Positions 7,232-14,840 of a stretch of DNA of 33,516 nt are shown here, piece by piece. The translations under genes were made by a program, and so were the position numbers. Position 1 is the first letter of the stretch; every line of letters starts with the position of its first letter. The notes beneath the pieces were generated by a model that saw only the letters and a program-made list of their open reading frames with translations, ran no database searches and was not told the origin of the DNA. This DNA is from an uncultured Planctomycetia bacterium (GTDB lineage Bacteria > Omnitrophota > Gorgyraeia > JAFGHF01): the NCBI GenBank assembly GCA_964589565.1, contig CAZPSS010000001.1, forward strand, positions 1-33,516, written 5' to 3'.

Positions 7232-7687
7232 ATGAGGATTGCTATCGGCGCTGACCACGGCGGATACAGTTTGAAGAATAAATTGATAAAATTCATGGAA
7301 AGGAGCGGCTATGTAGTTGCTGATTTAGGCACGCACAGCCCTGACTCTTGCGATTATCCGGCCATTGGCTATAAGGTTGCTTCCAGCGTCTCTCTCGGCC
7401 AATTTTGCCGGGGAATATTGATTTGCAAGACAGGCATTGGTTTCTCTATAGTAGCGAATAAAGTCCCGGGCATTCGGGCAGCGCTTTGCCAAAGCATTCT
7501 TCAGGCCTGTCGCAGCCGCCAGCATAATAACGCCAATATCCTTGTGCTCTCGGCCAATTACTTGAGCCTGAAGAAGGCTTGCCAAATTGTCGAGGGCTGG
7601 CTGAAAACTGAATTTTCCGGCGGCCGCCATACCCGCAGGGTGAGGCAGATTGGGAATATAGAGAGAAAATTAAAGTTAAAAGTCTGA
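7232..7687 (+). CDS. rpiB: Ribose-5-phosphate isomerase B
   Basis: MRIAIGADHGG and CKTGIGFSIVANK. I prefer the ATG at 7232, which is preceded by GGAGGA at 7218-7223, over the track start at 7178 that runs through the repeat. Confidence 0.85.
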   Translation: MRIAIGADHGGYSLKNKLIKFMERSGYVVADLGTHSPDSCDYPAIGYKVASSVSLGQFCRGILICKTGIGFSIVANKVPGIRAALCQSILQACRSRQHNNANILVLSANYLSLKKACQIVEGWLKTEFSGGRHTRRVRQIGNIERKLKLKV

Positions 7688-7812
7688 TAAATGACTAATG
7701 ACTAAATCCGAATGACGAATAAATGACAAATGCCCAAATGACAAAAAAACAATTAGACATTAAATAATTTGTCATTCATTCGACATTCGTCATTGAAAAA
7801 TTCGACATTGGA
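7688..7812. repeat. AT-rich stutter palindrome built from AATGAC / GTCATT words
   Basis: The left arm repeats AATGAC(T/G/A)AA five or more times (7690-7746). The right arm, TTTGTCATTCATTCGACATTCGTCATT (7768-7795), is its imperfect reverse complement. Confidence 0.7.
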
Positions 7813-7842
7813 AGTAGTCGGATATAATGCAGGAGTGAAGAG

Positions 7843-9120
7843 ATGGATTACCTGAAAGATGTTGATCCGCAGGTGCATAAAGCAATTGCCGATGAGATTA
7901 GAAGAGAGCGTCAGACTATTAACCTGATTGCCAGCGAAAATTTTACTCCCCTGGCCGTATTGCAGGCTCAAGGGTCGGTAATGACCAATAAATATGCCGA
8001 AGGTTATCCCGCAGAGCGTTGGTATGACGGCTGTGAATATGTAGATGAAGTGGAGAAATTGGCAAAAGAACGGGCAAAGAAGCTTTTCGGCGCCGAGCAT
8101 ATCAATGTCCAGCCTCATTCAGGGACTCAGGCCAATATGGCGGTATATTTTGCTATGCTGAAATTAGGCGATACGGTTTTGGCGATGGATTTGGCCTGTG
8201 GAGGGCATCTCTCCCACGGCCACCCTCATAATTTTTCGGGGAAATATTTCAAAATTGTCCCTTACGGCGTAAGCAAAAAGGATGAAAAAATAGATTATGA
8301 TGAAGTAGAAGCCCTGGCCAGGAAACATAAGCCAAAGATGATTCTGGCCGGAGCATCGGCCTATCCACGGATTATTGATTTTGCAAGATTTCGCCGGATT
8401 GCGGATAAAGTGGGCGCTTTTATTCTGGCCGATATTGCCCATATCGCCGGGCTTGTAGCCTGCGGGCTTCATCCAACGCCGGTTCCTTATGCGGAATTTG
8501 TTACTACCACCACTCATAAAACTTTACGCGGCCCCAGGGGAGGGATGATTATGTGCCGAAAACAATTTGCCGCCAAGATTGACGCCGAAGTCTTTCCGGG
8601 CATCCAGGGAGGGCCTCTGATGCATGTAATTGCGGCTAAGGCGGTGGCTTTGAAGCTTGCCCTTATGCCGGAATTTAAGAATTACCAGAAAAGAATAATT
8701 ACTAATGCCCAAGAGTTGGCTTCGCAGTTACAGGCGAGGGGCTATCGCATTATTTCCGGCGGCACGGATAATCATTTGTTTTTGGTGGATTTAAGGTCGA
8801 AAAAAATAACCGGCAGAGATGCAGCCTCTGCTTTACACAAAGCCGATATTGTGGTAAATAAAAATCTGATTCCCTTTGATCCTCGGGGGGCAAAATTAAC
8901 CAGCGGCTTAAGGTTGGGCACTCCTGCGGTGAGCGCAAAAGGGATGGGAAGGCCTGAGATGTCGCAGATTGCCTGTTTAATCGACGGAATAATATCTTCG
9001 CCTAAAGATAAGAAATTAATTGAGATGACTAAACAGGAAGTACTCAAGCTTACAAGAAAGTTCCCGTTGTACGATGCCATATCAACTGACATCCGTCATT
9101 GCGAGCGCTCCTCGCAATGA
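7843..9120 (+). CDS. glyA: Serine hydroxymethyltransferase
   Basis: NLIASENF and the PLP-lysine motif [19 protein letters not shown] precedes the ATG. The last ~9 codons (..IRHCERSSQ) are read through a REP hairpin. Confidence 0.95.
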   Translation: MDYLKDVDPQVHKAIADEIRRERQTINLIASENFTPLAVLQAQGSVMTNKYAEGYPAERWYDGCEYVDEVEKLAKERAKKLFGAEHINVQPHSGTQANMAVYFAMLKLGDTVLAMDLACGGHLSHGHPHNFSGKYFKIVPYGVSKKDEKIDYDEVEALARKHKPKMILAGASAYPRIIDFARFRRIADKVGAFILADIAHIAGLVACGLHPTPVPYAEFVTTTTHKTLRGPRGGMIMCRKQFAAKIDAEVFPGIQGGPLMHVIAAKAVALKLALMPEFKNYQKRIITNAQELASQLQARGYRIISGGTDNHLFLVDLRSKKITGRDAASALHKADIVVNKNLIPFDPRGAKLTSGLRLGTPAVSAKGMGRPEMSQIACLIDGIISSPKDKKLIEMTKQEVLKLTRKFPLYDAISTDIRHCERSSQ

Positions 9121-9121
9121 C
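9095..9121. repeat. Minimal REP-family hairpin (11-bp stem, 5-nt loop) covering the glyA stop codon; possible terminator
   Basis: GTCATTGCGAG (9095-9105), loop CGCTC, CTCGCAATGAC (9111-9121). The termini match those of the 4650-4769 element. Confidence 0.8.
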
Positions 9122-9138
9122 AGTTGGAGAGGCCTAAA

Positions 9139-9642
9139 ATGAAGACAAAGAAGCAGAAGAAAGATAGTCGGCCAAGTTGGGATGAATATTTTTTAAAGAT
9201 TGCCGGGATTGTTTCCAAACGTTCAACTTGCCTGCGCAGAAAAGTGGGCGCCTTGATTGTTAAGGACAGACGCATCTTAGCTACCGGTTATAATGGTACC
9301 CCCTCCGGGATAAGACATTGCGCAGAAATGGGATGTCTGCGTGAGAAATTGAAAATACCTTCCGGGCAGAGGCATGAATTATGCCGCGGCTTGCACGCCG
9401 AACAAAATGTTTTTTTACAGGCGGCGCTTTATGGTATTAGCTTAAGAGACAGCGCCCTCTATATTACCAATCAACCCTGTATTATCTGCGTAAAGATGGT
9501 TATTAACGCCGGCATTCGTGAGGTGGTTATTGCCGGCAGTTATCCCGATAAAATGGCCCGGGAATTCTTAGATGAAGCCGGCATCAAAATAAGAATTGTT
9601 AAACTGTCAAACTGTCAAACTGCTAAATTAATTGCTAAATAA
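9139..9642 (+). CDS. comEB: Deoxycytidylate (dCMP) deaminase, ComEB type
   Basis: WDEYFLKIA, the zinc motifs HAEQNV and [10 protein letters not shown] prefer the ATG at 9139, after GGAGAG, over the TTG at 9124. The C-terminal [13 protein letters not shown] is encoded by stutter-repeat DNA. Confidence 0.85.
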   Translation: MKTKKQKKDSRPSWDEYFLKIAGIVSKRSTCLRRKVGALIVKDRRILATGYNGTPSGIRHCAEMGCLREKLKIPSGQRHELCRGLHAEQNVFLQAALYGISLRDSALYITNQPCIICVKMVINAGIREVVIAGSYPDKMAREFLDEAGIKIRIVKLSNCQTAKLIAK

Positions 9643-9674
9643 AAAACAATTTAACAATATAACAATTTAACAGT
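9598..9674. repeat. AT-rich stutter palindrome (ACTGTCAA / TTAACAAT words), dispersed family 'AACAATTTAACAAT'
   Basis: Positions 9636-9672 match 21047-21083 at 36 of 37 nt. The left arm AAACTGTCAAACTGTCAAACTGCTAAATTAATTGCTAAAT is the imperfect reverse complement of the right arm. Confidence 0.8.
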
Positions 9675-9681
9675 AAAAATT

Positions 9682-10143
9682 ATGAAGTGTCCTTATTGCG
9701 GAAATGTTGAAGACAAGGTAGTGGATTCGCGTCTTGCTGCGGAAGGCAATTCCATTCGCCGCCGGCGCGCCTGCCTCAAATGCGAGCGGCGTTTTACTAC
9801 CTATGAACGCATTGAAGAAGTTCCGCTAATGGTGATAAAGAAAAAAGACTGGCGCCGCGAGCCTTTTGAACGCAAAAAACTTTTGGCCGGGCTGGTTAAG
9901 GCTTGTGAAAAAAGGCCGATAAGTATGGAAAGCCTGGAGGGGCTTGTAGATAAAATAGAATTTACCCTGCAAAAAAATTATGAAAAGGAAGTTAAGTCAA
10001 AAGAGATTGGCGAACTGGCGATAAAGCTCCTTCAGGAGCTCGATGAGATAGCCTATGTGCGCTTTGCTTCCGTATACCGTCAATTTAAAGATGTTAGTCA
10101 GTTTATGAAAGAGTTAAAAGGCCTTTTAGATAAAGAAGAGTAG
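9682..10143 (+). CDS. nrdR: Transcriptional repressor NrdR (zinc ribbon plus ATP-cone)
   Basis: MKCPYCG...[12 protein letters not shown], followed by an ATP-cone-like region (FASVYRQF). Confidence 0.95.
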   Translation: MKCPYCGNVEDKVVDSRLAAEGNSIRRRRACLKCERRFTTYERIEEVPLMVIKKKDWRREPFERKKLLAGLVKACEKRPISMESLEGLVDKIEFTLQKNYEKEVKSKEIGELAIKLLQELDEIAYVRFASVYRQFKDVSQFMKELKGLLDKEE

Positions 10144-10162
10144 AATTAGGACCGTTTCCCCC

Positions 10163-10193
10163 GCCTGCCTTGCACTACTCGGGGCGGGCAGGC
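10163..10193. repeat. 31-bp GC-rich mini-palindrome (GCCTGCC-N17-GGCAGGC); second copy lies inside pth
   Basis: The reverse complement of 10163-10193 matches 26075-26105 at 26 of 31 nt, including a 15-nt exact run GCCTGCCCGCCCCGA and both 7-bp stem arms. Confidence 0.65.
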
Positions 10194-10239
10194 AAGTCAA
10201 TCAGGAAAGTGTCCTAAAGCTAATCGGGAAAGTGTCCCC

Positions 10240-13167
10240 TTGAGAAGTAAAAGGGAAGAAAAAACATTAACGGGCCTGAATAGCAGACAGAAAGAGGCCG
10301 CCAAACATGACCAGGGGCCTCTTTTAATTATTGCCGGCGCAGGAACAGGCAAAACCACAGTAATTGCCCGGCGTATTGCTTACCTTATTTCTACTAAGCG
10401 CGCCCGCCCCGAAGAAATTCTGGCACTTACTTTTACCGATAAGGCAGCTTCTGAGATGGAGGAAAGGGTAGATTTACTTGTGCCTTACGGCTATACGGAT
10501 ATCTGGATTTCTACCTTTCATGCCTTTGGTGACCGCATCCTGCGCGAAAATGCTTTAGAATTAGGGTTTGACCCCGAATTTAGTGTTCTAACCCGCCCTG
10601 ATCAGCTTATCTTCTTAAGAGAGCATCTTTATGAGTTTAAATTAGGCCATTACCGCCCCAAAAGCGATCCTACCCGTTTCTTAGAAGCGCTGATTACCCT
10701 CTTTAGCCGTTTAAGAGATGAGGATGTTTCCTGGGAAGAATATTTACAATATGCGCAATCCTTAAAAGGGCAGTCTAAAAAAAGTCCCCAGGATCAGGAA
10801 CTCAAAGAAAATGCTAAAATCCAGATGGAATTAGCGGGGGCTTACCAGACCTACCAAAAGCTTCTAATGCGCGAGGGAAAGGTTGATTTTGCCAATCAGG
10901 TCTATCTGGCCTTGCATCTTTTTCGAAATCACCCGCCAGTGCTTAAACGATACCAAAAGCAATTTAAATATATTTTAGTGGATGAATTTCAGGATACCAA
11001 TTTTAGCCAATCTCAACTGGTGAGGCTCCTGTCCCGGATACATAAAAATATTGTTGTGGTAGGGGATGACAACCAGTCGATTTTTAAATTTCGGGGCGCG
11101 GCCATCAGTAACATCCTTAATTTTATAGATTATTACCCGGAGGCAAAAAGGATAGTGCTCAGACAAAATTACCGCTCAACACAACCTATTTTAGATAGAG
11201 CTTACCGCTTAATAAAGCATAATGACCCGGACACATTAGAAGTAAAATGCAATATTAGCAAAGAGTTGGTTTCTCGGGTAAAGCAGGGGCCGTCCATTCA
11301 ACATCTACATTTTGATACCAGGCTCACAGAGGCTGATGAAGTAGCCCGCTTAATTGAAGAAAAAGCCAAAAAAGACGGCCTTTTTCTCGGTGACATTGCA
11401 ATACTTGTGCGCTCCAATAATGATGCGGATCCATTCCTTCGCGCGTTAAATATGCGTTCTGTGCCCTGGCGTTTTTCCGGAAACCGGGGGCTTTACAGCC
11501 GGGAAGAAATCCGCTTTCTGATTTCTTTCCTGCGCGTTATCGCCAACCCCGACGACAGTGTAAACCTGTATTATTTGGCGAGCTTTTCCGGAGTGTACAA
11601 TTTAGAGATGGCAGGTTTAGCCTGTTGCCTGAATTGCGCCCATAAAAAGAACCGTTCTTTATTTACCGTATTTAGCCAGATAGATACGCTGGAGGAACTA
11701 AAGGGCATCTCTTCAAAAATAAGAAACAAAATTGCCGGGATTGCTGAAGATATAAACTATTATTTAAAAGAGGCAAGAAATCTTTCTACGGGCCAGCTGC
11801 TTTATCTATTCTTGCAGCAAAGCGGGTACATCAGGAAATTGTTAAAAGAAGAGAGCCTTGTTAACGAACAGCGTATTAAAAACATCGCCCGTTTTTTCGA
11901 TATTGTGGCAAATTTCGGGAATTTAGCCAGGCAGGATCAGTTACCTAATTTTGTGCAGCATTTAGATATGCTTATTTCCGCAGGGGACGACCCGGCGACT
12001 GCGGAGGCCGACTTTGATTTGGAAGCAGTAAATGTCTTGACAATACATAAAGCTAAAGGGCTGGAATTTCATGTTGTTTTTATGGTTAATTTGGTGCAGG
12101 GGCGTTTTCCCTGGCCAAGGCGCCGGGAAGCGCTTGAGGTTCCCGATAAACTGATTAAAGACATCCTGTCCGCAGGGGATTATCACCTGCAGGAGGAAAG
12201 AAGGCTTTTTTATGTGGGGATGACACGCGCAAAGCGGGAATTGTATTTTACTTCAGCTTTGGATTATGGAGGAAAACGTGCCCGTAAAGTCAGCCAATTT
12301 ATATATGAGGCGCAAGAGAAGAGCCCCCAAAAGCCGGAGATAATTAAAGCTCAGGCTATTCAGGAAATTGCGCGTTTCGCGCCGAAGGCATCTATGCAGC
12401 CGGCTAAAGAAAAAGCCATAGCTTCCAATGAGCTTTTGCTGTTAAGTTTTCGCAAGATAGATGACTACCTTACCTGTCCCTTAAAATATAACTATGTGCA
12501 TATATTGCGTATTCCGATTATGCGCCACTACAGTGTAATTTATGGAAATGCAATCCATAAAGCAATTGTGGATTTTTACCAGGCCAAAATTAAGAGAAAA
12601 AAGTTTATCGAAGAGGACTTAATGAACAGTTTTGAAACCGCATGGGTAAACGATGGCTTTTTATCGCGCGCCCACGAAGAGCAGAGGTTCGCTCAAGGCA
12701 AACTTACGCTGAAGCAATTTTACAGGGAAGAGAAAGAGAAACAGCCTCCCGCGTATATTGAACAAGAATTTAATTTTGTTTTAGACAAAGATAAAATTAG
12801 CGGGCGCTGGGATAGGGTTGATGAGGATTCCGATGGGACAGCAATAATTGACTTTAAGACATCAGATATAGTAAAGGAGCAGAAACAGGCAGACAAAAAA
12901 GTGAAAGAAAGCCTGCAGCTTTCCATTTATGCGCTGGCTTACCATATAATTAAGGGCAAACTTCCGGATAGAGTAGAGCTTCATTTCGTAGATACGGGGC
13001 TGGTGGGCAGCGATAGGCGCACAGAGGCGGATTTAGAGAAGACTAAGGAGTTAGTTAAACAGGCATCCGAAGGTATTCGGGCGCGGCAGTTTGCGGCCAA
13101 ACCGACATATCTTGCTTGTAAATATTGCGCCTATCGCGAGGTCTGTGCGTATACGGTCAGTAGCTGA
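10240..13167 (+). CDS. UvrD/PcrA-family SF1 helicase fused to a C-terminal PD-(D/E)xK Cas4/AddB-like nuclease with a 4-Cys cluster
   Basis: Helicase motifs: GAGTGKT, ILVDEFQDTN, VVGDDNQSIFKFRGA, LTIHKAKGLEF and LFYVGMTRAK. Nuclease motifs: DDYLTCPLKY, DRVD, IIDFKTS, QLSIYALAY and CKYCAYREVC (C-x2-C-x5-C). The TTG start is not certain. Confidence 0.85.
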   Translation: MRSKREEKTLTGLNSRQKEAAKHDQGPLLIIAGAGTGKTTVIARRIAYLISTKRARPEEILALTFTDKAASEMEERVDLLVPYGYTDIWISTFHAFGDRILRENALELGFDPEFSVLTRPDQLIFLREHLYEFKLGHYRPKSDPTRFLEALITLFSRLRDEDVSWEEYLQYAQSLKGQSKKSPQDQELKENAKIQMELAGAYQTYQKLLMREGKVDFANQVYLALHLFRNHPPVLKRYQKQFKYILVDEFQDTNFSQSQLVRLLSRIHKNIVVVGDDNQSIFKFRGAAISNILNFIDYYPEAKRIVLRQNYRSTQPILDRAYRLIKHNDPDTLEVKCNISKELVSRVKQGPSIQHLHFDTRLTEADEVARLIEEKAKKDGLFLGDIAILVRSNNDADPFLRALNMRSVPWRFSGNRGLYSREEIRFLISFLRVIANPDDSVNLYYLASFSGVYNLEMAGLACCLNCAHKKNRSLFTVFSQIDTLEELKGISSKIRNKIAGIAEDINYYLKEARNLSTGQLLYLFLQQSGYIRKLLKEESLVNEQRIKNIARFFDIVANFGNLARQDQLPNFVQHLDMLISAGDDPATAEADFDLEAVNVLTIHKAKGLEFHVVFMVNLVQGRFPWPRRREALEVPDKLIKDILSAGDYHLQEERRLFYVGMTRAKRELYFTSALDYGGKRARKVSQFIYEAQEKSPQKPEIIKAQAIQEIARFAPKASMQPAKEKAIASNELLLLSFRKIDDYLTCPLKYNYVHILRIPIMRHYSVIYGNAIHKAIVDFYQAKIKRKKFIEEDLMNSFETAWVNDGFLSRAHEEQRFAQGKLTLKQFYREEKEKQPPAYIEQEFNFVLDKDKISGRWDRVDEDSDGTAIIDFKTSDIVKEQKQADKKVKESLQLSIYALAYHIIKGKLPDRVELHFVDTGLVGSDRRTEADLEKTKELVKQASEGIRARQFAAKPTYLACKYCAYREVCAYTVSS

Positions 13168-13216
13168 TAGCGGACTCGGTATTTTGCTACGCTCGCTGCA
13201 ATTTTTTGCCAACCTG

Positions 13217-13374
13217 TGCCTGCCTCGGGGTCGGCTCCACGCGGGGACGCTCGTTTTGCCCCGGCGTGGCAAAACTCGCTCGGGTTTCGGCCCTCGCTCG
13301 TCCTCGCTACGCTCGGACACCATGCCCGCTCGGGCCTACACACGCCCCGCTTTGAGCCGACCCCGAGGCAGGCA
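13217..13374. repeat. 158-bp GC-rich palindromic element with 21-bp perfect terminal inverted repeats (MITE/REP-like)
   Basis: TGCCTGCCTCGGGGTCGGCTC (13217-13237) is the exact reverse complement of GAGCCGACCCCGAGGCAGGCA (13354-13374). There is a nested GTTTTGCC/GGCAAAAC stem (13253-13260 / 13268-13275) and a GCGGGG/CCCCGC stem. The element is strongly GC-rich in an AT-leaning context. Confidence 0.85.
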
Positions 13375-13454
13375 TTTAAAGCTGTACAAGAAGCCAAAAA
13401 ATTTGCTGATGGCCGCTCAATTGCACACCAGCATTACTACAAATTACATGACAA

Positions 13455-13649
13455 ATGTCCGAATACATCTGTCCACATTGCAAAAATTCGATTTATGACG
13501 ACGATGCGCTGTTGTGCCTTTATTGCGGAGAAAGCCTGCGCCGCAGTGCAGGTTTTCTGGGTAAGATAAAATACCCCAGGCCCAAGATAATTATTATCGC
13601 TGCTGTATTTTTGGTTTTATTGGCTTTTATTCTGCTAATGGTGTTTTAG
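13455..13649 (+). CDS. Small zinc-ribbon protein with a C-terminal transmembrane helix (hypothetical)
   Basis: CPHC...CLYC pairs followed by IIIIAAVFLVLLAFILLMVF. No obvious Shine-Dalgarno sequence. It sits immediately upstream of cutA. Confidence 0.45.
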   Translation: MSEYICPHCKNSIYDDDALLCLYCGESLRRSAGFLGKIKYPRPKIIIIAAVFLVLLAFILLMVF

Positions 13650-13666
13650 GGGGGAAGGAAAATAAA

Positions 13667-13981
13667 ATGAGGCTAAATCTTGTTTACATCACAACAAAAG
13701 ATAAGGAAGAGGCGCGCAAGATTGGTGAAGAGTTGGTCAAGGTTCGGCTGGCTGCCTGTGTAAATATCCTTGATAACATAAATTCTATATATTGGTGGGA
13801 AGGAAAGATTCAGGATGATAAAGAGGCCGTTCTTATTGCCAAGACTAAAGAATCCCTGGTGAGCGAACTGATTAAGAAGGTAAGAGCATTGCACAGCTAT
13901 TCCTGTCCCTGCATAGTTTCTCTGCCTATTTTAGACGGAAATAAGGCATATTTAGATTGGCTTCAAAAGGAAACGAAATAA
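13667..13981 (+). CDS. cutA: Divalent-cation tolerance protein CutA
   Basis: LAACVNI...SIYWWEGKIQDDKEAVLIAKT is the CutA1 signature. GGAAGGAA precedes the ATG. Confidence 0.85.
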   Translation: MRLNLVYITTKDKEEARKIGEELVKVRLAACVNILDNINSIYWWEGKIQDDKEAVLIAKTKESLVSELIKKVRALHSYSCPCIVSLPILDGNKAYLDWLQKETK

Positions 13982-13982
13982 A

Positions 13983-14840
13983 GTGAATAAGGAATCGATG
14001 CACTGTGAATTGTTGGAAGAGGGTAAGGTCAGATGCCTTCTTTGTCCTCACTTTTGTCTTTTAAAAAAGGGCCAGAAGGGTAAATGCGGCGTCAGGCAGA
14101 ATCAGAACAGCCGGCTTTATTCTTTAATTTACGCCGAAGCAACATCTGTAGCCCTGGACCCCATTGAGAAAAAGCCGCTTTATCATTTTCATCCCGGCAG
14201 CTTTATTCTATCTTTAGGGACAAAGGGATGCAATCTTAAATGCCCCTGGTGCCAAAACTGGTCGATTTCTCAGGGAGATTTAAATTGCCCCACCGAAAAG
14301 CTCACGCCTAAGGAGGCGGTGGACAAAGCCAAAGAGCTGGGTTCCTTTGGCATCGCCTATACTTATAATGAGCCCTTCATCTGGTACGAATTTGTCTATG
14401 ATACGGCACGCTTGGCGCACCAGGAAGGATTAAATAATGTTTTAGTAACTAATGGGTATGTTAATCAGAAACCATTGGAAGAAATTATCGGTTTTATTGA
14501 TGCAATGAATATTGATATAAAGTCTATGGAGAGTAATTTTTACCAGAAATACTGCCAGGGCAAATTAGCGCCTGTATTGAATACGGCAGAATTTGCCGCC
14601 AAGAGGTGTCATATCGAAATTACCAACTTGATTATCCCCGCGCTTAACGATAAGGAAGAGAATTTCCGGAAATTAACGGACTGGATAGCGCAAAAATTAG
14701 GAAGAGATACCCCGCTTCATTTTTCTCGCTATTTTCCCTGCTATAAAATGGATATTGCGCCTACCCCCATAGAAACGCTTAAAGAGGCAGCGCTAATTGC
14801 CAGGGAAAAATTGCGCTATGTATACATGGGTAATGTCTAA
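13983..14840 (+). CDS. amrS: AmmeMemoRadiSam-system-type radical SAM enzyme (PFL-activase-like)
   Basis: N-terminal CLLCPHFC...KCGVR, DPIEKKPLYHF, and the radical SAM CxxxCxxC motif GCNLKCPWCQNW. The start is either GTG 13983 or ATG 14001. Confidence 0.8.
   Translation: MNKESMHCELLEEGKVRCLLCPHFCLLKKGQKGKCGVRQNQNSRLYSLIYAEATSVALDPIEKKPLYHFHPGSFILSLGTKGCNLKCPWCQNWSISQGDLNCPTEKLTPKEAVDKAKELGSFGIAYTYNEPFIWYEFVYDTARLAHQEGLNNVLVTNGYVNQKPLEEIIGFIDAMNIDIKSMESNFYQKYCQGKLAPVLNTAEFAAKRCHIEITNLIIPALNDKEENFRKLTDWIAQKLGRDTPLHFSRYFPCYKMDIAPTPIETLKEAALIAREKLRYVYMGNV

Noticed and set aside
7688-7842. Riboswitch (glycine, THF or ZTP type) upstream of glyA.
   Set aside because: The leader is almost pure AT-rich stutter repeat. 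None of the GC-rich conserved cores of those riboswitch classes is visible.
10184-10193. Further sharing of short GC-rich strings (7- to 11-mers such as GGCAGGC) among 10163, 13217 and 26075, read as proof of one family.
   Set aside because: Matches of 11 nt or fewer are expected many times by chance in 33 kb on two strands. Only the 26/31 alignment with conserved geometry and the 21-bp termini are treated as evidence. The link between the 158-bp element and the 31-bp elements remains speculative.
10240-13167. The helicase-nuclease as part of an anti-phage defence system.
   Set aside because: No neighbouring methyltransferase, ATPase, effector, toxin or mobile-element genes are present. The flanks are nrdR and housekeeping genes. 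The domain pair is adequately explained by a DNA-repair role.
13217-13374. Whether the GC-rich structured element is a known housekeeping ncRNA (6S, SRP/4.5S, RNase P, tmRNA).
   Set aside because: I could not find the conserved cores I know: the SRP domain IV GGAA/AGCA motif, the RNase P GAGGAAAGUCC motif, or the tmRNA tag ORF and CCA end. A 21-bp perfect terminal stem looks more like an inverted-repeat element than a 6S RNA. Only a covariance-model scan can settle it.
13051-13569. Four overlapping ORFs (60-135 aa) on both strands in the helicase-cutA gap.
   Set aside because: They coincide with the GC-rich palindromic element. They are mutually overlapping, rich in Arg/Pro/Gly/Ser as expected from stop-poor GC-rich DNA, and lack RBSs. 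I treat them as non-coding.
14837-14840. Overlapping convergent stop codons of amrS and ppiD (CTAA) with no terminator between them.
   Set aside because: This is real but trivial: a 4-nt tail-to-tail overlap is common in compact genomes and does not by itself indicate regulation.
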